Positions 34,921-44,008 of a DNA stretch of 64,000 bases are shown here, in pieces. How positions within the stretch are numbered: the first letter of the stretch is position 1; each line of letters starts with the position of its first letter. The DNA is from Deltaproteobacteria bacterium (GTDB lineage Bacteria; Desulfobacterota; BSN033; UBA1163), in contig JAGXTA010000046.1 of NCBI GenBank assembly GCA_018333535.1, forward strand, positions 20,551-84,550. The letters are read 5' to 3'. The notes beneath the pieces are model-generated. The model was not told the origin of the DNA. It searched no databases and saw nothing but the letters and a program-made list of their open reading frames with translations. The translations under genes and the position numbers were made by a program.

Positions 34921-35658
34921 ATGGAAGAACTCAAAAAAGTCTATTTCATAGCTAAAAAAGATATGGGGGCCTACTACCTCAAGCCTCCCTTAATCAGTTG
35001 GGGATTGATGCTTCCCATCGTCTTTGTATTAGCTTTCTATTTCAGAAATCCGGCGGGAATCAAAGAGGTCGTCCCAGGATTGATTGGTTTGACCCTTCTC
35101 TTCTCATGCACGTCCATGGCAGCCATCGTGATTACCTTTGAGAAAAGAATAGGTGCTCTGGAGCGGCTCCTCCTGGCACCATTGGAGATCAGAACGATCC
35201 TCTTCGGCAAGACCCTTGGAAGTTCTGTATTCGGGTTGGTTATCACCATCGTCATCACAATATTTCTCATTCCAATTATAGGCCTTTCTATTAATTATCC
35301 CTTTTCTTTTTCTCTCATTATCATCCTTTCTGGTATCGCCTTCTCACTCCTTGGAATCCTTATTTCTGTAGGAGTAAAGGAAGTCTTCGAAGCCATGACC
35401 ATGTCCAATTTCTTTCGATTCCCAATGATATTTTTATGCGGGGTCTTCTTTCCTGTGCCTTCCATGCCCTTCCCTCTTCCTATCCTCTCTTATCTCCTAC
35501 CATTGACCTATACGGTTGATGGTTTGAAACATTGCCTGTTGGAAGATAAAGGAATGATCCCTTTTTATCTGGATTTATTAATTTTATTAGGATTCGTTTT
35601 TTTACTCTTTAGTCTCTCGTTATTCATTTTTAAGAAAAGAATTCGCCAAGAATTCTGA
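34921..35658 (+). CDS. ABC-2 family transporter permease
   Basis: Six TM segments with an ABC-2-like topology. The ORF track begins at 34909 inside a REP element. Confidence 0.8.
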   Translation: MEELKKVYFIAKKDMGAYYLKPPLISWGLMLPIVFVLAFYFRNPAGIKEVVPGLIGLTLLFSCTSMAAIVITFEKRIGALERLLLAPLEIRTILFGKTLGSSVFGLVITIVITIFLIPIIGLSINYPFSFSLIIILSGIAFSLLGILISVGVKEVFEAMTMSNFFRFPMIFLCGVFFPVPSMPFPLPILSYLLPLTYTVDGLKHCLLEDKGMIPFYLDLLILLGFVFLLFSLSLFIFKKRIRQEF

Positions 35659-35673
35659 AAGGAGGTGAAAACC

Positions 35674-35814
35674 ATGTGCCAAAGTAAATCTGGTTGCACC
35701 CAACCCGAAAATCTGAAGGGAACCCCAAAGGATTGCTCGGCCGAGCAGATCAACGTCTGTCATCCTGGAGAGAAGGGGCATCCCTGTGAGGCTGAGGAAA
35801 CGGAAAGAAAATAG
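35674..35814 (+). CDS. Small Cys-rich protein (46 aa, 5 Cys)
   Basis: Strong RBS AAGGAGGTG, then a 7-nt gap, then ATG. MCQSKSGCTQPENLKGTPKDCSAEQINVCHPGEKGHPCEAEETERK. Below the 60-aa ORF-track cutoff. Confidence 0.4.
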   Translation: MCQSKSGCTQPENLKGTPKDCSAEQINVCHPGEKGHPCEAEETERK

Positions 35815-36093
35815 ATGATGTTTTATAAAAAAGAATGTATCATCAGTTCCGTTGAGACTCAGATTATCTTCACTTAAAAATCCCTCCGAACTTCCCTTTA
35901 GAGAGATGGTGGGATTTGATTTGCAGGGCGAGGCTTTAGCTTTGCATCAAGCAACCCTAAAGAGCTGCCCTACAAATAATTGGAGAAGGGGGTGTATTTG
36001 TTATTTGATCATATGGAAAGGAGGTGATGGACTGAAGATTAAATTCGGTTGGGTGGGGATGAATCTATAAAAATTAAAAGGGAGGTGGAAGTC

Positions 36094-37155
36094 ATGTTAA
36101 AGGAGATGAATCGAAGGGACTTTTTAAAGACAACAGCAGCGACAGGTGCGGTATTGATGGCAGGAGATGTTTTGAAAGGAGGTGCTACAATGGCATATGG
36201 TTCTGTAAAAATCCCAGAGGTTGAAAAATTGGTTATTACCGTCATAACGGACAATTACTATGATTGCCTGAGGCCAAATTACAAGGTGGCTAAGAGATAT
36301 TTCATCATTCCTGGTACATCTATCCATTCAGAGCATGGCTTGGCTTATTACATCGAGACGGCCATCAATGGCAAGCCCAATACCTTTATGTTTGATTATG
36401 GATTGGATTTCCAGGGGGTCGGTAAAAACATGGAGCTTCTCGACATCGACGTGAAGAGAGTAGAGGCACTAGGGATAAGCCATGGCCATTTTGACCATTG
36501 GGGAAATCTTATTGCCATTCTCAAATATAATAGAACGAAAATCAGGAAGGGGATCCCCTTGTATGTAGGTGAGGAAACCTTTTCTCACAGGTTTGCCAAA
36601 CTGCCACCCGGACCTTTCGAAGTAAGTGGTCTCATTGATCTGGAGCAGTTGAGAAGGGATGAGATCGAAAGCCTCGGCACGGTTAAGATTGTAGAGGTAA
36701 AAGATCCGACTCTTATTGTTCCTGGAGCATATCTGACTGGAAATATTGAAAGAGTTACCGAATATGAGAAAGGGTCGCCGATTTTATTAATCAAAAGAGG
36801 AGATAAAATGGATCTCGATCTCTTCATGGGAGAGCAGGCACTGGTATTTAATGTAAAGGGAAAGGGTTTGGTAGTTGTCTCATCCTGTGCCCATGCCGGG
36901 ATTGTCAACACAGTAAAACACGCCCAGAAAATGACTGGAATAGATAAAGTCCATGCCATCATCGGAGGATTTCATTTGAGCGGTGCCAAACCTGAGGTAA
37001 TCCAGAGGACGATTGCCGACATCAAGGCTGTTACTCCAGAATACATCGTTCCCATGCACTGTACTGGATTTGAGGCCGTCACAGCATTCGCCAGAGAAAT
37101 GCCAGGGCAATTTATCATTAACACTGCCGGAACCAGATACATCTTTACAGCTTAG
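36094..37155 (+). CDS. MBL-fold metallo-hydrolase with a twin-arginine (Tat) signal
   Basis: MLKEMNRRDFLKTTAATGAVLMA Tat motif. HGHFDHWG metallo-beta-lactamase motif. RBS GGGAGGTGG. Confidence 0.8.
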   Translation: MLKEMNRRDFLKTTAATGAVLMAGDVLKGGATMAYGSVKIPEVEKLVITVITDNYYDCLRPNYKVAKRYFIIPGTSIHSEHGLAYYIETAINGKPNTFMFDYGLDFQGVGKNMELLDIDVKRVEALGISHGHFDHWGNLIAILKYNRTKIRKGIPLYVGEETFSHRFAKLPPGPFEVSGLIDLEQLRRDEIESLGTVKIVEVKDPTLIVPGAYLTGNIERVTEYEKGSPILLIKRGDKMDLDLFMGEQALVFNVKGKGLVVVSSCAHAGIVNTVKHAQKMTGIDKVHAIIGGFHLSGAKPEVIQRTIADIKAVTPEYIVPMHCTGFEAVTAFAREMPGQFIINTAGTRYIFTA

Positions 37156-37163
37156 ATTGACCC

Positions 37164-37203
37164 GGGGCGTTGAGGTTTCATTCACCTCAACGCCCCCTTT
37201 TTT
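37164..37203 (+). terminator. Rho-independent terminator
   Basis: The stem GGGGCGTTGAGG-tttcatt-CCTCAACGCCCC is followed by CTTTTTTT. Confidence 0.8.
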
Positions 37204-37307
37204 ACAGGGCTTTTTGAGATTGAGATTCAAGTTCTGCTGAATATTTTTGGAGCGAAAAGGTGAGATCCTTTTATCTAAATCAGAAGAGGTGAGGAGGGGG
37301 ATTTTAT

Positions 37308-38459
37308 ATGAGATCTTTTCTTAATCAATATGTTAAATTACCCATCGTTTTATTTGCCTTAATTCTTCCCTTATTTTTTACTATATCAATCTCTCTCGCT
37401 TTAGACTTCGCTCCCATTCGAACCCCGTCCACCGGCTATCAACCTCAATTTCAAGTCTCAGGGAACAAAATCTACTATGTCTGGCATGAGTACGATGGTC
37501 CCTATCGGCAGATTTTCACTGCGGAAATGAACACTGATGGGACAGGATGGAGGTCAGAAAAAAGAACTTCTGGCCAATTTGATAAAGTCTTTCCTCAACT
37601 TCAGGTTGCGAATGACAAGATCTATTATGTTCGTCAGCAACCTGATCTAACAATAAATCGCCAGATCTGGACGATGGAGATGAGCATTGACGGAACAGGA
37701 TGGAAAGAGGTTCAGAGGACGAATACCCCCTTTGATAAGCAGTTTCCCCAGCTACAGGTGGTTGGCAATAAAATTTATTATACCTGGAATGAATCAGATG
37801 GAAAACACCGCCAGGTATGGACAGCAGAGATGAATTTAGATGGGTTGGGCTGGGAGGCAGTGAAAAGGACCTCAACACCTTATGACAAATTTGAGCCTCA
37901 GCTTCAGGTCGTGGGTGAAAAAATCTATTTCGTTTGGAGGGAGTTTGACGGAAGACATTTTCAGATCTGGACGGCTGTCATGGATATTGATGGGAAAGGG
38001 TGGCAAGAAGTGAAGCGGACAAATACCCTGTTCGACAAACATAACCCGCAACTCCAGGTGGATGAAGGAAGAATCTACTATACCTGGCATGAAGCAGATG
38101 GCCCGGATTGGCAAAAAGCAAGATATCAGATATGGACAGCTCAGATGAACATCAATGGAACAGGATGGCTGGCGAATCAAAGAACCTTTGTAGGCTTTGA
38201 TAAGTATACCCCCCAATTACAAGTTCAACGAGGAAGAATTTATTATATCTGGGAGGAATCTGATGGGAAATATCGTCAGATTTGGACGGCTGTGACGAGT
38301 AAGGATGGAACGGGATGGATATCTGAAAAGAGGACGACATCTCCTTATGGAAAATACGACCCCCAATTTCAGATTGTTGGGAATAGAGTTTATTATGTGT
38401 GGCACGAAGACCACGGACCTACTGAACCCATCTGGGTGGCTATAGAGACACTAAAATAG
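37308..38459 (+). CDS. Secreted repeat protein with about 6.5 tandem copies of a roughly 46-aa unit (beta-propeller-like)
   Basis: Signal peptide. Repeats of [48 protein letters not shown]. Confidence 0.7.
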   Translation: MRSFLNQYVKLPIVLFALILPLFFTISISLALDFAPIRTPSTGYQPQFQVSGNKIYYVWHEYDGPYRQIFTAEMNTDGTGWRSEKRTSGQFDKVFPQLQVANDKIYYVRQQPDLTINRQIWTMEMSIDGTGWKEVQRTNTPFDKQFPQLQVVGNKIYYTWNESDGKHRQVWTAEMNLDGLGWEAVKRTSTPYDKFEPQLQVVGEKIYFVWREFDGRHFQIWTAVMDIDGKGWQEVKRTNTLFDKHNPQLQVDEGRIYYTWHEADGPDWQKARYQIWTAQMNINGTGWLANQRTFVGFDKYTPQLQVQRGRIYYIWEESDGKYRQIWTAVTSKDGTGWISEKRTTSPYGKYDPQFQIVGNRVYYVWHEDHGPTEPIWVAIETLK

Positions 38460-38473
38460 AAAGGAGGTTAAAT

Positions 38474-39181
38474 ATGGCTGAAGCAAAAGATGGATGTGTG
38501 AAGCCGGCAAAGGGGCCCATCGGTTTGGCGGAAACCAAAACCTCTCAAACCGCACAAATCCAAAAGGAGGAATTGAAGATGATGGCTCAAGTTGGAAAAC
38601 CAGCACTGGATTTTGAAGCGAGTGCCTATATCGACGGGGGTTTTAAAAATATCAAATTATCTGATTATAAAGGCAAATGGGTAGTCCTCTGTTTTTATCC
38701 CGGTGATTTCACGTTCGTTTGACCTACCGAGTTGTCGGCAGTTGCCGTCAAATACGATGAGTTCAAATCGCTCGGAGTTGAGGTTTTGTCATGCAGTACA
38801 GATAGCCGCTTCATCCACAAGATCTGGCAGGAAGAAGAACTCTCGAAGATGGTGAAAGGTGGGGTTCCCTTTCCGATGCTGTCGGATGCAGGAGGCCGCA
38901 TCGGGAGTGCCTACGGCGTCTACGATGAAGAAGCAGGAGTCAATATTCGGGGTCGTTTTTTGATCGATCCGGATGGGGTCATCCAGGCAATGGAGACTGT
39001 TGCTCCACCGGTCGGCAGGAACGTTCCCGAACTGATCCGGCAGGTCAAGGCCTTTCAGCATGTGCGTGCAACGGGTGAGGTCATGCCTTCCGGATGGCAA
39101 CCTGGGAAACCGACCCTAAAACCCGGACTGGATTTGGTTGGCAAAGTATGGAAAGTCTGGAAACCCGAGATGGCTTTTTAA
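38474..39181 (+). CDS. Peroxiredoxin (AhpC/Tsa family) with in-frame UGA (selenocysteine predicted) at the peroxidatic-Cys position. Copy 2.
   Basis: ...FYPGDFTFV[TGA 38720-38722]PTEL.... About 75-80% nt identity to copy 1 across the whole gene, including the N-terminal extension. Confidence 0.8.
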
Positions 39182-39272
39182 CACTATTCCCTGACCCCCT
39201 GCCTACCGCGAGGCAGGCATCCCTCTCCCCCTGCCTACCGGCAGGCAGGCGCTGGGGAGAGGGAGAGGTAAA

Positions 39273-39734
39273 ATGTACAGATGTATGATGGATAAGGAAG
39301 CTCATCAACTTAAAGATTTTTTAGAATTGGGTGGACTAAAAAGTACCAAAGAAAGAGAAACGATTCTCAAAGAACTTGAAGTTCTGGAGGAACATTTCAA
39401 CGCTGAAAAACTATATTCAATTCTCAGCAGAAAGGGAACGAAGGTCTCACGACCTACTATTTATCGAACGCTAAAGCTTCTTGAACGATTCCATCTCATT
39501 GAAAGGCTCGATGTTAAAAAGAACTGTTTCTATTACGAGCCTATGTCTCATAAAAAGGACCATGGCCATCTGGTTTGCGAGCATTGTGGGAGGATTATTG
39601 ATTTTGCAAGTGAGAGTATTCAAGATTTGAAATCGGAGGTATTCGAGGGGAAGAACTTCAAACTGGACAATATTTCCATTCAGATATTCGGCATATGCGA
39701 GACATGTCAGAAAACATCTAAAATTAAAAGCTAA
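39273..39734 (+). CDS. Fur-family transcriptional regulator (PerR-like by context)
   Basis: HGHLVCEHCG...CETCQ metal sites and the Fur fold. It lies between the Sec-peroxiredoxin and the Sec-NADH-oxidase-like gene. Confidence 0.8.
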   Translation: MYRCMMDKEAHQLKDFLELGGLKSTKERETILKELEVLEEHFNAEKLYSILSRKGTKVSRPTIYRTLKLLERFHLIERLDVKKNCFYYEPMSHKKDHGHLVCEHCGRIIDFASESIQDLKSEVFEGKNFKLDNISIQIFGICETCQKTSKIKS

Positions 39735-39750
39735 ATATGAGGAGAGGAAG

Positions 39751-41118
39751 ATGTTAAAGAAAGAGAAACTTGTCATCATTGGCGGATCGGCCGCTGGCCC
39801 CAGTGCAGCAGCCAGGGCAAAGCGAGTTAATCCTGATCTTGAAGTGACTATGTTCGAACAGGGTCGATTCGTATCCTATGGCTCCTGAGAAACTCCTTAT
39901 TACATCGGTGATGTAGTAAAAGATCAGAGCAAATTGATAGTCCGGACACCCCAACAGTTTAAAGAAATGCAAGATATTGATGTGAAGACCGAGCATCGCG
40001 TCACTAAAATTGATTCCAAAGAGAAAAGGATTGAAGTTGTGAATTTATCAAAATCCGAAACTCAATGGTTTTCTTACGACAAACTTATCGTTGCTACAGG
40101 TGCCCGATCCAGACGTCTCAATATTCCCGGAAGCAATGCCAAGAACATATTCACCCTGAAAGATCTTGATGACGGCATCCGTATTAAGAATTATATCGAT
40201 GAAAAAAGGCCGAAAAGGGTTGCTATCCTCGGTGGTGGCTTTATTGCATTGGAGATGTGCGAGGCTTTTCGGTTAAGAAATTGTGAGACCTTTCTATTCT
40301 GCCGCAGAGATTTACCCGCGGGTAATCTCGAAAGGGAAATCTCTGAAAAAATATTGAAGGAGTTAGAAGAGAATGGCATTCATTTCCTCGCCCATCATGA
40401 ACCCGCAGCATTTAAGATGAATAGTAATGGAGAAGCCATCTCCTTCGAAACCAATAAAGCCGAATATCCTGTGGATATGGTCTTGATGGCCATTGGAGTC
40501 ATTCCGAATGTGGAAATAGCTAAAGAGGCAGGTATTGAGCTTGGAAAGACCGGAGCGATTCGAACAGACACGGCTCAAAGGACTAATCTTACAGACATTT
40601 ATTCGGCAGGAGACTGCTCAGAAGTTTTTAATCTCGTGAGTCAGGATTGGGTTCATACACCCCTTGGAGATATTGCGAACAAACAGGGCCGGGTGGCAGG
40701 TGAGAACGCTGCCGGTGGAAAGGCCACTTTTTCCGGTGCAGTGGGGTCAGCTGCTTTTAAGGTTTTTGAATTGGAGGTGGCCTTCACAGGTTTAGGAACA
40801 CAGACTGCCCGAGGATATGGTTTTGATGTGGATTCACAGATCATTGAGGCTGAATCGAAGGTAGGATATATGCCGGGATCAAAATGGATGCTCATTAAGT
40901 TGATTTTTGATAGAAGGAGTGGAAGGCTTTTGGGTGCTCAGATGGTCGGGAAGGAAGGAGTGGCTCGGAGGATCAACGCCCTTGCGGTCGCGGTTCATCA
41001 GAAGATGAGCGTGGACGAAATTGCACGGCTCGATTTTGCTTATGCGCCTCCTTTCTCCGCTCCCTTGGATCCGATTTTAATAGCTGCCGAGCAGGCAGCG
41101 AAGAAAATCGTTAGGTAG
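39751..41118 (+). CDS. NADH oxidase/CoA-disulfide reductase-family FAD-dependent oxidoreductase with in-frame UGA (selenocysteine predicted) at the redox-active Cys position
   Basis: RBS GAGGAGAGG. N-terminal FAD motif LVIIGGSAAGPSAAARAKR. FVSYGS[TGA 39886-39888]ETPYYIGDVV compares with the family motif ISFANCGLPYYIGG. The frame is continuous with ORF 39934-41118. Confidence 0.75.
39896..39919 (+). promoter_or_regulatory. Candidate bacterial SECIS hairpin beginning about 10 nt after UGA
   Basis: Stem TTATTACATC/GATGTAGTAA with one mismatch. Apical loop GGU. Confidence 0.45.
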
Positions 41119-41164
41119 AAAATACAGGATTCTGAATTTAATAAAAATCCAAAAGGAGGAGAAC

Positions 41165-41341
41165 ATGGCAGTCATTATTGATCTGGAAAAATGCACAGGA
41201 TGCGGTACTTGTGAAGAGGGTTGTCCGGTAGAGGCCATTAAGATTGAGAATGAGAAGGCTGTAGTCGATGCAGAGACCTGCGTTGATTGTGGCACCTGTA
41301 TCGATGAATGTGCTGAAAAAGCCATCAGCGAAGGAACATAA
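41165..41341 (+). CDS. 2x[4Fe-4S] ferredoxin (58 aa)
   Basis: CTGCGTCEEGCP and CVDCGTCIDEC motifs. RBS AAAGGAGG. Below the ORF-track size cutoff. Confidence 0.8.
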   Translation: MAVIIDLEKCTGCGTCEEGCPVEAIKIENEKAVVDAETCVDCGTCIDECAEKAISEGT

Positions 41342-41347
41342 GGAGCA

Positions 41348-41797
41348 ATGAAAAAGTCTGGAAAAGTTGTCGGTGTGTGTACGAGTCAAAGGAGGGCTGA
41401 TCCAAAGATAAATGTTGGTAGGGGTCTCCTCAAAATGGGTCATGGGCTAGTAGGCGATTCTCATGCCGGGACTGAGAAAGAGGTTAGCCTTTTGGCGATG
41501 GAGAGTATCCAAAAACTTTGCCAGGAGACGGGGCTCTCGGCTGGGCCTGGATCCTTTGCTGAAAATATCACCACGGAAGGGATTGATTTGACCTCTCTCC
41601 CCGCAGGTACCCAATTACAGATCGGACAAACAAAACTCAAGGTTATTCAAATTGGAAAAGATCCATCTCAAGCTCACACTTACAACTATCAGGGATTTTC
41701 CATTTTACCGAAGGAAGGCGTGTTTTGTAAGGTCATTGAAGGTGGGGAGATAAAAGTAGGAGATTCTATAAAGATACTCAAAAACCAAGAGGTTTAG
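41348..41797 (+). CDS. MOSC domain protein
   Basis: 149 aa, YiiM/MOSC-like, with GDSHAG and VIEGGEIKVGD. Confidence 0.65.
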   Translation: MKKSGKVVGVCTSQRRADPKINVGRGLLKMGHGLVGDSHAGTEKEVSLLAMESIQKLCQETGLSAGPGSFAENITTEGIDLTSLPAGTQLQIGQTKLKVIQIGKDPSQAHTYNYQGFSILPKEGVFCKVIEGGEIKVGDSIKILKNQEV

Positions 41798-41800
41798 AAG

Positions 41801-42271
41801 ATGATCGGGATAGACATTCCTGGTTGGGGAAATATCAAGATTGAGAATATCGTTCTGGATCTAAACGGGACGATTGCTACGGATGGAAAAATTCCTTCCG
41901 AAGTGAAGGAGAAAATAAATTCCCTATCCAAGAAAACAAAAATTTATATTCTGACGGCGGATACTCAAGAAACTGCCAGCGTCGAGATTTCAGATATGGA
42001 GGTGGTATTGCTAAAGGTTTCAGAAATAGATAGTACTGAAGTGAAATTAAGAGTTTTGGAATCCCTTGACCCGACGAGGACAATTGCTATCGGAAACGGA
42101 AACAATGATCATCTCATTCTGAAAGAGGCTGCTTTGGGCATTGCAGTGTTAGGGGATGAAGGAATGTCTGTCTTAGCGATGAAGAATGCAGATATCGTTG
42201 TAAAGAGTATCTCTGATGCATTGGATATCTTTTTGAAACCCAAAAGATTAATTGCCACATTGCGCGAGTAA
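41801..42271 (+). CDS. HAD-superfamily hydrolase-like protein
   Basis: DLNGTIA...ILTADT...GNGNND motif pattern. Confidence 0.6.
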   Translation: MIGIDIPGWGNIKIENIVLDLNGTIATDGKIPSEVKEKINSLSKKTKIYILTADTQETASVEISDMEVVLLKVSEIDSTEVKLRVLESLDPTRTIAIGNGNNDHLILKEAALGIAVLGDEGMSVLAMKNADIVVKSISDALDIFLKPKRLIATLRE

Positions 42272-42281
42272 GGAGAGGAAT

Positions 42282-43361
42282 ATGTTTCTATTCGATCTTG
42301 GTAAGCTTCCAGGCCAGCAGTCAATGCTAATCTTCCACGCCCTTGCCCGAATGGGAATCGAAGCCCTTATAATCGTATCGCCCATGAGCCCTCTCGTCAG
42401 TATCGGATATTTTCAAGACGCTGAACAGGAAGTGGATATCTCTTACTGTAGGGCCAGCGGTGTCCCGTTCATGCGAAGAGAGGTGGGTGGAGGAGCCACC
42501 TATCTAGATGAGAATCAAATTTTCTATCAACTCATCTGGAGGAAGGACAACCCCAGATTTCCAAAAATCATTCAGGACATTTACCCCTGGTTTTCGGAGG
42601 CTCCTGTGGAGACTTATAGAACCTTCGGAATAAAGGCAGAATATCGAGCCATCAATGACATTGTAACCAAGGAAGGAAAAAAGATTGCAGGTGAAGGTGG
42701 AGGAGATATCGGAGGATGCATGGTCTTTGTGGGCGGCATCCTTCTCGATTTTGATTACAATGCCATGAGCAAAATATTGAAAGTTCCCGATGAAAAATTC
42801 AGGGACAAGGTTTTTAAGACGATGGAAGAAAATTTGACAACGATGAAGAGGGAGCTGGGAGGCATTCCTACGAGGGATGAGGTGGCTGCTGTGCTCAAGG
42901 AGAGATTCGAAAAGAAACTGGGCAAGTTTGCACGGGCCTCTTTAAACTCAGAAATCCTTGGAAAGATGAAACAGTTGGAATCTTGGATGACCTCTGAAGA
43001 ATTTCTCTATAAAAAGACTCCCAAAATCCCGAAAGGGGTGAAAATCAGAGAAGGGGTTGAGATCTTTTATGGCCTTCACAAGGCCAGGGGAGGGCTAATT
43101 CGAGCGGCTGAGGAAATTTCTGAAAAGAAGATTGAAGACATCACCCTTTCAGGGGATTTCACATTTTATCCAAAAGAATATCTAAAGGGGTTGGAAGAAT
43201 CATTGAAAAAGGTACCTCTCGAAGAAAATCAGATCGTTGAAAGGGTGGAGGATTATTACGAAGAAAAGGGGATTGAATCCCCAGGGGTTGAATCCAAGGA
43301 CTTCGCACTGACCATTTTGAACCCTATCCAAGAATTCAAAGAAGATGGGGAGAAAGCTTGA
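42282..43361 (+). CDS. Lipoate-protein ligase A family (biotin/lipoate A/B ligase) protein
   Basis: BPL/LPL catalytic domain region (RREVGGGATYLDENQIFYQLIW...KIAGEGG) plus a C-terminal LplA-like domain. RBS AAGGAGAGG. Confidence 0.75.
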   Translation: MFLFDLGKLPGQQSMLIFHALARMGIEALIIVSPMSPLVSIGYFQDAEQEVDISYCRASGVPFMRREVGGGATYLDENQIFYQLIWRKDNPRFPKIIQDIYPWFSEAPVETYRTFGIKAEYRAINDIVTKEGKKIAGEGGGDIGGCMVFVGGILLDFDYNAMSKILKVPDEKFRDKVFKTMEENLTTMKRELGGIPTRDEVAAVLKERFEKKLGKFARASLNSEILGKMKQLESWMTSEEFLYKKTPKIPKGVKIREGVEIFYGLHKARGGLIRAAEEISEKKIEDITLSGDFTFYPKEYLKGLEESLKKVPLEENQIVERVEDYYEEKGIESPGVESKDFALTILNPIQEFKEDGEKA

Positions 43362-43362
43362 T

Positions 43363-44004
43363 ATGAGGTCAAACAGACAGCGTTACTACGAACTCTTTTC
43401 AAAAGTCTATGACTTCGTCATCCGTTTACACTCTGGGGATAGAGAAGGTTCGCTCAGGGAATTTATCACTGAAAAGGCTAATCTATCAAGGGGAGACAAG
43501 GCTTTAGACCTTTGCACCGGGACGGGTTCAGTGGCTATCGAATTGGCGAGGCGAGCAGGGGAGAATGGATTGGTAATAGGCCTTGATTTCTCTCGGGGGA
43601 TGATTGAGAAGGCGAAAGAGAAAGCTAAGAGAGCTGGGATGGTTCGACTTTATCTGGTCCAGGCCAATGCCAGCCAGCTCCCTTTTCAAAATGCCTCTTT
43701 TCACGGTGTGACCTGCTCCCATGCCTTCTATGAATTAAAAGAAGAAGAAAGAGCCATGGCCATTGATGAGGTGGCAAGGGTTCTCAGGCAGAAGGGAAGA
43801 TTCTGTCTCATGGAGCATGCAAAGCCAGAGAGACCTATACCCAGATTGCTTTTCTACATTCGCCTGCTCTTTCTGGGCTCAAGAGATGTGAGAAAATTTC
43901 TTTCCGAGGAAAATTCTGTCTTTGGAGAAAGTTTCAAAAATATAACAAAGGTGATGAGTCCAACTGGAAAATCAAAACTAATCTATGGAGAGAAAGGGGG
44001 ATAA
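43363..44004 (+). CDS. Class I SAM-dependent methyltransferase (UbiE/COQ5-like)
   Basis: LDLCTGTGSVAIELARR motif I. The ATG at 43345 is an alternative start. Confidence 0.8.
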   Translation: MRSNRQRYYELFSKVYDFVIRLHSGDREGSLREFITEKANLSRGDKALDLCTGTGSVAIELARRAGENGLVIGLDFSRGMIEKAKEKAKRAGMVRLYLVQANASQLPFQNASFHGVTCSHAFYELKEEERAMAIDEVARVLRQKGRFCLMEHAKPERPIPRLLFYIRLLFLGSRDVRKFLSEENSVFGESFKNITKVMSPTGKSKLIYGEKGG

Positions 44005-44008
44005 CGCG

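Noticed and set aside
39754-39996. 80-aa minus-strand ORF overlapping the 5' part of the NADH-oxidase-like gene
   Set aside because: It is antisense to the FAD-binding N-terminus. The forward frame, GGSAAGPSAAARAKR, shows an unmistakable Rossmann motif.
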